Shown piece after piece: positions 48,007-56,700 of a stretch of DNA of 64,000 bases; the first letter of the stretch is position 1, and each line of letters begins with the position of its first letter. The position numbers and the translations under genes are program-made. Source of the stretch: an uncultured Anaerolineae bacterium (GTDB taxonomy: Bacteria; Chloroflexota; Anaerolineae; Aggregatilineales; UBA3940); the NCBI GenBank assembly GCA_964603985.1, contig CAZRXG010000008.1, positions 10,531 to 74,530 on the forward strand, given 5' to 3'. A model generated the notes under the pieces. That model was not told the origin of the DNA, did no database searches, and saw nothing but the letters and a program-made list of their open reading frames with translations.

Positions 48007-49380
48007 CTACGGCACTTCGATGTGCCCCAGGAACAGCATCCCTGCGATCTGGCGTGCCTCGCCGGTTTCGATGTTGATCTGCCAGGTGTCATACACCGCC
48101 GGTTCGCGCGTGGTCAGCAGCCAGGTTCCTCCGCCGGTCCAGCCCAGCGGGCGGTGCCGGTCGATGCCCAGTTCGGCGACCACGCGCTGCTCGCCCGTCA
48201 CGAGGTTGGCCCACACCAACAGGTAGTTCTCAAGCTCAGGCGGGCCGTAGCTGATGACGTAGATCAGCTCGCCGCCGGGCGTGAAGAAGGGATAACCTAC
48301 CTCGAAGGCCGCCCCCGCCGGGACGCCCTGCGGCTCGAAGCGGCCCACGACCGACCCGTTAGCCAGGTTGGTCACCACGATGGGCACGCCGCCTGGGACG
48401 GTCGGCAGGGCGCGGACCAGGTAGGCCCCGTCCAGTGAGATGTGGGCGTCACAGCCGCGCCCCTCCCCGCAGGCAGGCTCGCCGGGCAGCCGCGCCGACG
48501 TGCCGGTCGCCACGTTGAGCGCGTAGAGGTCGTAGCGCTGGTTGAAGACGGTCGCCCCGGTCGCGCTGGCCGGGCGGAGGTCGTAGAAGACGGTGCTGCC
48601 GTCGTTGGTCAGGCGGAGCAGCCGGATCGTCATGCCCGGATCGAGGGCCCCCTGGGCGACCGCACCGGCGGTGCGGCCATCCGACGACGACTGGTGGATG
48701 GTGTACGACGTGCCATCGCCCGACACGCTCAGCCAGGCCAGGTAGTCGCCGGTGGCGTTGGGCAAAAGCTGGAAGTAGGACGCGCCTGACGGCGGCTCGG
48801 CGAAGGTGAGTGTCTCAACCGCACCGGCCGTGTTCGCGCGGCGCGGCTGGCGTGTCCATTGGGCGTGGTAGTAGACGTACTGCCCGGCCCGCACCGCCTT
48901 GCCGTCGTCGGTCTGGATGGCGACCTCGGTCGCCTTCTCGCTGGTGGTGGTCTCGACCCAGCGCAGCAGTTGGTAGCCGTTGCCGTCCGGTGCGCCCAGG
49001 TATACATCAAACGATCCCGAAAGCGGCGGCGTGCCGGGCGAGGCGGGTGTCGGAAGGCCGAGCTGCGGCGAGGGCGAGGCGGCGGTGTATTCCTCGCTTA
49101 AGTTGGTCGGCGAGGGGAGCGGCGTCAGGCTGGGAGTCGACGGGGGGAGGGCCTGTGTGTCGGGCTGTGCCAGGGTTTCCGGCGGGATGTCTGCCGGGGG
49201 CACCTCGCCGGGGGATTCGGCCCCGGCCCCTGGATCAACGGAGGGTAGCGGCGGCGTGGCCTCGGCGGCTGTCTCGTCCGGCCCCCGCGCACAGGCGGCG
49301 CCGATCAGCATGATAATAATAATGACGATACCGGTAAACCATCTGATTTTTCTCATCAAGTTTCTCACCCCTCTGATCAA
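48007..49380 (-). CDS. Secreted protein or lipoprotein, possibly PD40/TolB-like beta-propeller
   Basis: A signal peptide with lipobox LIGAAC is followed by a Pro/Ser/Thr-rich linker and then repeated beta-strand-like segments (DGSTVFYDL, SLDGAYLV, FFTPGGELIYV). The fold assignment is tentative. Confidence 0.65.
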   Translation of the reverse strand: MIRGVRNLMRKIRWFTGIVIIIIMLIGAACARGPDETAAEATPPLPSVDPGAGAESPGEVPPADIPPETLAQPDTQALPPSTPSLTPLPSPTNLSEEYTAASPSPQLGLPTPASPGTPPLSGSFDVYLGAPDGNGYQLLRWVETTTSEKATEVAIQTDDGKAVRAGQYVYYHAQWTRQPRRANTAGAVETLTFAEPPSGASYFQLLPNATGDYLAWLSVSGDGTSYTIHQSSSDGRTAGAVAQGALDPGMTIRLLRLTNDGSTVFYDLRPASATGATVFNQRYDLYALNVATGTSARLPGEPACGEGRGCDAHISLDGAYLVRALPTVPGGVPIVVTNLANGSVVGRFEPQGVPAGAAFEVGYPFFTPGGELIYVISYGPPELENYLLVWANLVTGEQRVVAELGIDRHRPLGWTGGGTWLLTTREPAVYDTWQINIETGEARQIAGMLFLGHIEVP

Positions 49381-49392
49381 CTCCGGCAGCGG

Positions 49393-50163
49393 CTAACGCT
49401 CCTGCTGCGCCCGCACGGCGTTTACCAGCCGGGGGAGAACTTCCCCCGACGGCCCCTCCAGGAAGATGTCGGCCACCGGCGTGATCAGGCTCGGCTGCGC
49501 GTTGATCTCGATCACCATCGCCCCGGCGTGCTTAGCCTGCGCGGGCAGCGAAGCCGCGGGCTTCACAATCCCCGACGTGCCCACCACCAGCATCACGTCA
49601 CACGCGGCAGCCACCTCGAAGGCGCGTTGCAGCGCGGCGGGCGGCAGGGTCTCGGTGAACCATACCACGTCGGGCCGGATGTAGTCCCCGCAGTGTGGGC
49701 AGGTGGGCGCGCGCTCCCCGTCGTAGTCTATCGTATCCAGGTCGATCAGCGTTGGGCTGCCCCGGCAGTCGGCGAAGCAGCGGTAGCGCCGGATGTTGCC
49801 GTGCAGCTCGACGATGTCGCTGCTGCCCGCCTGCGCGTGGTAGCCGTCTATGTTCTGAGTCAGCACGACGACCTGCGGGACAAGCTCCTCCAGCTCGGCG
49901 ACGGCGTGGTGCCCCGGATTCGGCTTTGCGCCCCCGACCAGGTCGCGGCGGTACATGTACCATGACCACACCAGGTCGGGGTTGCGCCGGAAGGCGTGCG
50001 GCGTGGCAAGCTGCTGCGGGTCGTACCTGGCCCACAGGCCGGTCTGCGCCTCGCGGAAGGTCGGGATGCCGCTCTCTTTCGAGATGCCCGCCCCACTGGC
50101 AACGGCGACCAGACGCGCCCTGCTGAGGACGTCGGCAGCCCTGGATAGTTCCTCTAACCCCAT
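49393..50163 (-). CDS. cobB: NAD-dependent protein deacylase (Sir2/CobB)
   Basis: Motifs GAGISKESGIPTFR, TQNIDGYH and the Zn ribbon CxxC...CPHCG are present. Confidence 0.92.
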   Translation of the reverse strand: MGLEELSRAADVLSRARLVAVASGAGISKESGIPTFREAQTGLWARYDPQQLATPHAFRRNPDLVWSWYMYRRDLVGGAKPNPGHHAVAELEELVPQVVVLTQNIDGYHAQAGSSDIVELHGNIRRYRCFADCRGSPTLIDLDTIDYDGERAPTCPHCGDYIRPDVVWFTETLPPAALQRAFEVAAACDVMLVVGTSGIVKPAASLPAQAKHAGAMVIEINAQPSLITPVADIFLEGPSGEVLPRLVNAVRAQQER

Positions 50164-50205
50164 GATGGAAACGATTGTACCCGGCCTCCGGGGGAGGGCA
50201 AGTGC

Positions 50206-50817
50206 CTATTTGCTCAGCGGCACTACCGACCGGACGACCAGTTGCAGCAGCCCCAATTCGACCTTGTCGCCGGGTGCAAGCCCGTGCCGCTTCCCCGGTT
50301 CCAGGTAGGCACCGTTGACCCACGTCCCGTTGGCGCTTTCGAGGTCGGCCAGGTACAGCGCTTCCGGGGTGGGGAGCAGGACGGCGTGCTGCCGCGAAAC
50401 GCCGTGCTCCCGCGCCATGTGCGGCGTCAGGTCGAGGTCGGGGTTGCGCTCGCCCTCCGGGTCGATCCGCCCGATCACCAGCGATTGCCGCACGTCCAGC
50501 CCGATCCTGGTCTTGCTCGGCCCGGTGGCCTGGAGGATGACCCGCCAGGGGGGTGGGTTGGGTAGCCTGGGGATCAGGCGCACCCGGTTGGTGTCGCCCA
50601 TCCTCGGCGGCAGCGGGCCGCGCGCCTGACGCGACCCCGGCGGCGACTCCTGTAAGACGGTCGCCGGAGGGGGTTTGCCCGGCGGTGGGGCGCCCTCCGG
50701 GCGGCGTCTCTCTGGAAGCGCTTTGAGCGGCTTGGTATCCGATTCCGGGTCGATGGGCGGCTCTTCGATCTCAAAGCCGCCCTCGTCCCGGTCGTCGTCG
50801 CCAGGTGGCTGACTCAT
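50206..50817 (-). CDS. FHA-domain protein with a Pro-rich N-terminus
   Basis: C-terminal FHA pattern (VIGR...VSRQHAVL...LADLESANGTWVNG). Confidence 0.8.
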   Translation of the reverse strand: MSQPPGDDDRDEGGFEIEEPPIDPESDTKPLKALPERRRPEGAPPPGKPPPATVLQESPPGSRQARGPLPPRMGDTNRVRLIPRLPNPPPWRVILQATGPSKTRIGLDVRQSLVIGRIDPEGERNPDLDLTPHMAREHGVSRQHAVLLPTPEALYLADLESANGTWVNGAYLEPGKRHGLAPGDKVELGLLQLVVRSVVPLSK

Positions 50818-50851
50818 ATAGGGTCTCCCCTCGCAGTGGGCGGCGCTGGGG

Positions 50852-51190
50852 CTATGCCTCCTCCTCTTCGTAGGTGTCGTACTCCTCGCCCATCCCGGCC
50901 TGATCCATCTTCATGAAGACGTACCCCACAAACGCGCCGATTCCCAGCGCGGCCAGCGCACCGGGGCTGCTCCAGCGGGCGTGGGCCATCATGCCGAAGA
51001 GGAGCACCGCGCCCAGGAAAACTAGTGGCACGTAGAAGCGCATATGCAGCTTGTAAGCCAGCGTATAGCGCACCACCCGCCCGGCGACGAAGCCCAGCCC
51101 CAGTGTTCCCAGTGGGCGGAGCAGGACTCCTAAAAGGCCAAGGATCGGGTAGAACAACTCGTTGATGACCTCAGCGACCGTTAACTGCAT
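50852..51190 (-). CDS. Small membrane protein (3 TM helices)
   Basis: ATG 51190 is preceded by AAGGAGG. It has hydrophobic helices and an acidic C-terminal tail. Confidence 0.65.
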   Translation of the reverse strand: MQLTVAEVINELFYPILGLLGVLLRPLGTLGLGFVAGRVVRYTLAYKLHMRFYVPLVFLGAVLLFGMMAHARWSSPGALAALGIGAFVGYVFMKMDQAGMGEEYDTYEEEEA

Positions 51191-51283
51191 TTTGTCCTCC
51201 TTTTGGCTATCGGAACAGACGTGTACAGTACTGTACCCCAAAGTACGGCAAATTGGGAAATCGTCCCTTGTCCGGGGCGGGCG

Positions 51284-52147
51284 CTAGGCGGTCAGGTTGG
51301 TCAATATCAGCGCCAGCGACCCGGCCAGGTTCCAGATCACGTGCCCCAAAACGGGGGCCTGCACCGACCCCGTCACGGCGCGCAGCGTGCCCAGGTACAG
51401 CGAAAACAGGGTGATCAGGATGATCGACGGCGCGGTTTCGAATCCGGCCAGCAGGTGTACGACGGCGAACAGCAGACTGGTCACCACCAGGGGCACGAGG
51501 TGTCGCTGCCAGGGATGCACGCCCTCGCGGCGGCGCGGCAGCAGCGCATTGTACAGCGCCCCCCGGAACAGGAACTCCTCGGCCAGCGGCGCGACCGTCG
51601 ACACCACCAGCGTCGAGGCGATCATCAGACCGGGCTGGCTGAACAGGTACAACTGTGCGCTGACCTCTGTCGACCCGGCCAGCCGCTCAACCCCGGCCGT
51701 GGTGATCAGCAGGAAGGGCAGGGTAATCAGCCCCACCCTCCACAGCCCGATCCGCTCAGGCCGCCGCCACGCCAGCCACTCGGACGGCCCGAAGTCCTGC
51801 GAGCCGCTCAGCTGGCACCACAGCCGGGGCCACGCCCCGGCCAGCGCGATGGTCGCCAGGGCCGCCACCGCCGCCGCCAGTATCGACAGCCAGATGCCCG
51901 GCTCCGAGGTTATGAAGCGTTCCAGGTCCTCCAGGGTGCTCAGTTGCCCGTTGGATATCAAAATCATCACCACCGGCAGCGCCACCAGCGCCTGCAACGG
52001 CAGGTACGTCAGGAACAGCAGCGCGGCCAGGGACCACCGCCCCAGGCGGGCCGGTTCAGGGGTCGGGTCTGGCGGGGGGCCGGGAGTGTACTCGCTTGGT
52101 GGGGGTATCGCTTCCATACGAAAATCGCTTTCGGCCTTCCAAATCAC
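51284..52147 (-). CDS. CPBP-family intramembrane glutamic endopeptidase
   Basis: Motifs EEFLFRG, FAVVH and HVIWN are typical of CPBP/CAAX proteases. Confidence 0.85.
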   Translation of the reverse strand: MIWKAESDFRMEAIPPPSEYTPGPPPDPTPEPARLGRWSLAALLFLTYLPLQALVALPVVMILISNGQLSTLEDLERFITSEPGIWLSILAAAVAALATIALAGAWPRLWCQLSGSQDFGPSEWLAWRRPERIGLWRVGLITLPFLLITTAGVERLAGSTEVSAQLYLFSQPGLMIASTLVVSTVAPLAEEFLFRGALYNALLPRRREGVHPWQRHLVPLVVTSLLFAVVHLLAGFETAPSIILITLFSLYLGTLRAVTGSVQAPVLGHVIWNLAGSLALILTNLTA

Positions 52148-52791
52148 AGGCCCAGGTCGGCTTTGAGGGTTCGCAGCGTGTAGATCGCCTGCTCGACCCG
52201 CCCCGCGTTGATCGGGTCGTTGAGCCAGCGTGACGCGCCCGATGGATGCGGCAGCGGCACGATGTGACGCCCCTCCGGGTTGATGATTGACTCGCCGACC
52301 ACGTCGGTCAGCCTGACCTTTGACGGGTAGAAGAGGTCAACCGCCAGCCTGCCGACCGGCACGATCACCTCCGGCTGCACGAGCGCCAGCTCGCCCTCCA
52401 ACCAGGGACGGCATAGTTTGCGCTCGGCAGCCGAGGGGACGCGGTCGCCCTCACCCTTTGGATTGCTGCCGGGGAAGCACTTGGTCACGCTGGTGATGTA
52501 GCACGTCCGGCGGAAAGTCTCCTCGTCCCACCCGGCGCGCTCCAGCCAGCGGAACAGCCGCTGACCCGCATCGCCGCCGAAGGGGTAGCCCAGGTGCGCC
52601 TCTGACGCGCCGGGGGCCTGCCCGATCACCGTCAGCCGCGCCGACTGCTTTCCGGAGCAGATCGGCTGGGACTCGATGCGGTGACCGGCCTCGGCGCACA
52701 GGCGGCAGCGGGATAACGCGGCGTGCAGGGCTTCGATGTCTGGGTAATCGGCCATGTTCGGAGTGTACCACCCGTCCCCGGCCAAGTCCAC
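52144..52791 (-). CDS. Uracil-DNA glycosylase superfamily protein (family 4/5-like)
   Basis: An Fe-S Cys motif (CRLC) and motifs GQAPG and HPSGASRW are present. An alternative start is ATG 52755. It overlaps the CPBP start by 4 nt. Confidence 0.82.
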   Translation of the reverse strand: MDLAGDGWYTPNMADYPDIEALHAALSRCRLCAEAGHRIESQPICSGKQSARLTVIGQAPGASEAHLGYPFGGDAGQRLFRWLERAGWDEETFRRTCYITSVTKCFPGSNPKGEGDRVPSAAERKLCRPWLEGELALVQPEVIVPVGRLAVDLFYPSKVRLTDVVGESIINPEGRHIVPLPHPSGASRWLNDPINAGRVEQAIYTLRTLKADLGL

Positions 52792-52912
52792 CCACTCTGC
52801 CGGGTGAGGCCCGACGGTGAAAGTCTGCCCGGTAAGCGATCCGGCCTACAACGGCACGCAACAACAGGTTATAATCTGGCAATCCAATGTCCTTTTCTGC
52901 GGAGAGAGATAC

Positions 52913-54043
52913 ATGCCGAACATAGTCACCGATCTTTACAAACACGGACAGAGCCTCTGGTACGACAACATCGCCCGCGACCTGCTCGAATCGGGTGAGA
53001 TACAGGCGCTGATCGACGGGGGCATCCTGGGGATGACCTCCAACCCGACGATCTTCATGAAGGCCATCACCGGCGGGACGACCTACGACGTGCAACTGCG
53101 CGAGCTTGCGCTGGCCGGGAAGACGGCCGAGGAGATCTACGAGGCGATGGCCGTCGCCGACATCCAGCGCGCTGCCGACATGCTGCGCCCGGTCTACGAC
53201 CGCACCGACGGCCTGGACGGCTACGTCAGCCTCGAAGTGTCGCCGTTCCTGGCCTACGACACCGAGGTAACCGCCAGCGAGGTCGTCCGGCTGAACGAGG
53301 TGGTCGACCGCCCCAACCTGATGACCAAGATACCGGCCACGCCGGAGGGCCTGCCTGCCATCGAGCGGTCTATCGCCGCCGGGTACAACATCAACGTCAC
53401 CCTGATCTTCAGCCGCGACATGTACATCCGCGTCATGGAAGCCTACATCAGGGGGCTGGAGCGCCGCGTCGAAGCGGGGCAGCCGCCGAGCGGCATCGCG
53501 TCGGTGGCGTCGTTCTTCGTCAGCCGGGCCGACACGCTGGTCGATAAGCTGCTCGACGAGATGATCGAGCAGGGCGGCGACGAGGCACGGCTGGAAGCCC
53601 TGAAGGGCAAGGCCGCCATCGCCAACACCAAGCTGGCCTATCAGCTTTTCAAAGAGACCTTTGGAAGCGGGCGCTTCAAGGCGCTGGCCGACAAGGGCGC
53701 GCGCGTGCAGCGCCCGCTGTGGGCCAGCACCAGCACCAAGAACCCGGCCTACAACGACGTGCGCTACGTCGAGCGGCTGATCGGCCCGCACACCGTCAAC
53801 ACCGCCCCGCCGCACACCATCGTGGCCTTCAAGGATCACGGGACGGTCGCCGACACGCTGGAGCTGGGCATCGAGGCCGAACAGGCCGTCATGGACGAGC
53901 TGGCTGCGGTTGGGATTGACATGCAGGCCGTCACCGACGAGCTGCTGGACAAGGGCGTCAAGGCTTTCGCCGACTCCTTCCAGCAGCTGCTGGACGCCGT
54001 CGAGGAGAAGCGGCAGCAGTTTGTCGAGGAGCCTGCCGTTTAA
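52913..54043 (+). CDS. tal: Transaldolase (long form)
   Basis: Motifs QSLWYDN, TSNPTIF, SLEVSP and KIPAT are present. ATG 52913 is preceded by GGAGAGAG, with a TATAAT at 52870-52875. Confidence 0.92.
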   Translation: MPNIVTDLYKHGQSLWYDNIARDLLESGEIQALIDGGILGMTSNPTIFMKAITGGTTYDVQLRELALAGKTAEEIYEAMAVADIQRAADMLRPVYDRTDGLDGYVSLEVSPFLAYDTEVTASEVVRLNEVVDRPNLMTKIPATPEGLPAIERSIAAGYNINVTLIFSRDMYIRVMEAYIRGLERRVEAGQPPSGIASVASFFVSRADTLVDKLLDEMIEQGGDEARLEALKGKAAIANTKLAYQLFKETFGSGRFKALADKGARVQRPLWASTSTKNPAYNDVRYVERLIGPHTVNTAPPHTIVAFKDHGTVADTLELGIEAEQAVMDELAAVGIDMQAVTDELLDKGVKAFADSFQQLLDAVEEKRQQFVEEPAV

Positions 54044-54144
54044 GGGTGTAGAGTCCGGCGCATCGTGGTTTTTACTCAGGCCCGCGCGTGAGCGTCGCGG
54101 CTGTGGCGCCGGATGCGCCGGGCAGTCTGGAGCTTAGAGACGAT

Positions 54145-54897
54145 ATGATCAAGCGGATCGTCTCATTAGAACCGAGCGTCACGGCGACGCTGGTCGCGCT
54201 GGATGTGCGTGACCGGCTGGTCGCCGTGACCCGGTATTGCCACCGCCTGGCCGACGTGGGCGATCTGCCGCAACTGGAGACCACCTGGTCGGTCAGGGTG
54301 GAGGACATCACCGCGCTGCGCCCCGACCTGGTGATCGCGGGCACACCTTACCGCGCGGGCCGGATCGACGAGCTGCTGCGGGCGCACCTGAACGTGCTGT
54401 GCCTTTACCCGCAAACCCTGGCCGACGTGTACGACCACATCCGCTGGCTGGGGAATCTGTGTGGGGTCCCGGAGCGGGCCGACGCGCTGGTCGCCGAGAT
54501 GGAGGCGCACCTGGAGTCGTTCAAGGCCCGCGCGCGGGGCAAACCCCGGCAGCGCGTTTACGTCGAGACGTGGTTCGATCCCCTGATGAACGCCCCGGAG
54601 TGGGTGGCCGAGATCGTCGAGGCGCTGGGCGGCGAGTTCGTCCCCCAACCGGCGGGACGGCGGATCGACGAGGCGGAGATCATCACCGCCGACCCGGAGG
54701 TGATCGTCCTGAGCTGGGCGGGTGTGGGGGAGATCGACCCGGCAGGCGTGTCAAGCCGCCCCGGCTGGGATCGGATCGGCGCGCTGCGTAAAGGGCGCGT
54801 CGTGGCGGTGGACGAGATCACGCTCAACGCGCCGGGGCCGAATCTCAAGCAGGGCGTGCGTGAAGTGTGGCGCGCGCTCTACCCGGACGAGGGTTGA
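54145..54897 (+). CDS. BtuF/FhuD-like (cluster A) periplasmic-binding-fold protein
   Basis: Motifs IVSLEPSVTATL, PDLVIA and DPEVIVLS are typical of cobalamin/siderophore-binding domains. No signal peptide follows the ATG 54145 start. Confidence 0.75.
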   Translation: MIKRIVSLEPSVTATLVALDVRDRLVAVTRYCHRLADVGDLPQLETTWSVRVEDITALRPDLVIAGTPYRAGRIDELLRAHLNVLCLYPQTLADVYDHIRWLGNLCGVPERADALVAEMEAHLESFKARARGKPRQRVYVETWFDPLMNAPEWVAEIVEALGGEFVPQPAGRRIDEAEIITADPEVIVLSWAGVGEIDPAGVSSRPGWDRIGALRKGRVVAVDEITLNAPGPNLKQGVREVWRALYPDEG

Positions 54898-54951
54898 GGC
54901 GGCGCGGGTTGGCCTGAGTTTGCTGCTTCCGGGGGGGAGCGGCTCCGCCGG

Positions 54952-55272
54952 CTATCCGCTCGGCATCGTCGCCAGAACGGCCTGCAGGCGGCTGTCCGCC
55001 GTCCAGATGTGGTGCATCAGCCCGCCGGGCAGCACCAGCACGTCCCCCGTCTGCACGTCGGCGATTTCGCTGCCGGAGCGCACCTTACCCTCGCCGGAGA
55101 TCACGACCATCATCACGTCGGCGGCGACCTCGCGCTTGCCGGTGTCACCCTTCCGGTCCAGTTGCAGCAGCATGGCCGTCATCCGGTCGCCCGACCGGAT
55201 GGGCACGTACATCGTGTTTGCGCCTCCCTCCAGCGGGGCGGCCTCGCCGGGATCATACCGAATCAGTTGCAT
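54952..55272 (-). CDS. Cupin-domain protein
   Basis: 106 aa with a beta-barrel cupin pattern (GDVLVLPGGLMHHIW). Confidence 0.75.
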   Translation of the reverse strand: MQLIRYDPGEAAPLEGGANTMYVPIRSGDRMTAMLLQLDRKGDTGKREVAADVMMVVISGEGKVRSGSEIADVQTGDVLVLPGGLMHHIWTADSRLQAVLATMPSG

Positions 55273-55328
55273 AGACTGTCCACTCCTCGATCAGGGCAGA
55301 GAGAACTAGGGGCCGGGATGATTCTCTG

Positions 55329-55679
55329 CTAGAACCCGAAACCGCGAAAGATGTTCAACGCGCCAACGATGGCGATCAGCGCCAGGATCAGCAGCAAGAT
55401 CAGAAAGGCCAGGTTCACGCGGAAGCCGACGTTCGCTTTGTGCCTGATTTCCTCCGTGACCGACCTTTGTTTGTGTTTGAAGTCGCTGCGGGCGGCAGAG
55501 CTGAGAAACGTGCCTATTGCGCTGGTCATCAAAGCCAGCCACATGATATGCACCAGGGGGCTTTTGAGCATGCTCAGTATGATGGCGAATGTCACAACGC
55601 CCGACGAGACAAAGGCCAGGATGTAACTGTATTGGGCAAAAGTAGCAGGACTGGGACGTCTCATCAAAACACCTCTCAT
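55329..55679 (-). CDS. Small membrane protein (3 TM helices)
   Basis: 116 aa and hydrophobic. The gene is AT-richer than its flanks. No family recognised. Confidence 0.6.
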   Translation of the reverse strand: MRGVLMRRPSPATFAQYSYILAFVSSGVVTFAIILSMLKSPLVHIMWLALMTSAIGTFLSSAARSDFKHKQRSVTEEIRHKANVGFRVNLAFLILLLILALIAIVGALNIFRGFGF

Positions 55680-55736
55680 CCGATAACCGGTAACACAACT
55701 CCGGAAGCCAACTTGCGAAAGGGCGGGCAGGCCGGA

Positions 55737-56576
55737 CTATCCGGCCAGCGAGCGGTACGCTTCCTGGATCAACAGCGCGTCTTCCTCCAGGTTGGGGCTT
55801 TCACAGACCAATGTGCCCCGCACGTCGAAATCCACGCAGGCCTGCAAGAAGGCCCGCCACTCGAGGTCCGACTCCTCCAGAATAAGGTGGTTCTTCTCAC
55901 CCTTCGGCCCGTACTCGATGCCTGACAGGTGGAAATGCATGTCGTGCAGGCCTTTCCGTTTGCCCAGCGCCTTCTCGACCCGCTTGAACATGGCGGCGAA
56001 TTCCTGGTAGCTGTTGAAGCTGCCGTCGCCGGGGCGGGCGTGCAGGTGGGCCACGTCGACGCAGGGAGCCACGCCGTCCACCTCCTTGGAAAGCTGGAGA
56101 AGCTCGTCCAGCGTGCCGAACACGGCGCTCTTGCCCATCGTCTCCGGGCGGAGCGTGACCTCGACGCCCTCCTCGCGCAGTATCCCCTGGATCTCGACCA
56201 GCTTCTGTCTGACCCGCTCGTAGACCTGCTCAGGCGGCTGGTCGTGATACGAGCCGGGATGGAAGATGATGGCTCTCGCCCCGGCCAGGTAGCCCTTGCG
56301 GGCGGCGGCCAGCAGCCGCGCGTCGCTCTTCTCCATCAGCTCGGCTGTCTGGCTGTTGAGGTTGATGAAGTACGGCGCGTGGACGCTGAGCTTCACGTCG
56401 TGCTCTTCGGCGGTGGCCTGCATCGTGAGGCACGATTCGTCCTTGACACGCACGCTGCGCACCCAGGCGATCTCCAGCGCGTCCAGGCCCAGTTCGCGGA
56501 TGTAGGCAATCGCTGCCGGGGTGCCGGATCGGGGAGTGCCCTGCGGTGCGCCGACTGTGCCAAAGCGTAGGTTCAA
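55737..56576 (-). CDS. nfo: Endonuclease IV-like TIM-barrel (xylose isomerase-like) protein
   Basis: 279 aa with an AP-endonuclease-2 family pattern (LSVHAPYFINL, IIFHPGSY, PETMGK, CVDVAHLHA). Confidence 0.8.
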   Translation of the reverse strand: MNLRFGTVGAPQGTPRSGTPAAIAYIRELGLDALEIAWVRSVRVKDESCLTMQATAEEHDVKLSVHAPYFINLNSQTAELMEKSDARLLAAARKGYLAGARAIIFHPGSYHDQPPEQVYERVRQKLVEIQGILREEGVEVTLRPETMGKSAVFGTLDELLQLSKEVDGVAPCVDVAHLHARPGDGSFNSYQEFAAMFKRVEKALGKRKGLHDMHFHLSGIEYGPKGEKNHLILEESDLEWRAFLQACVDFDVRGTLVCESPNLEEDALLIQEAYRSLAG

Positions 56577-56700
56577 GCGGTGTGCCTCCGGTGTGTGAGT
56601 GTGGCGATGTTCTCCTACTTACAGGATAGGCTTCCCGGCGGATTTTGCAAGTGACTCTCTATCCGGGCATCTTGTGATTTCATTCGAACGTACAACTATC

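Noticed and set aside
54044-54144. A possible cobalamin riboswitch upstream of the BtuF-like binding protein
   Set aside because: The gap is only about 100 nt, and I see no B12-box-like core. It is too short for the known riboswitch.
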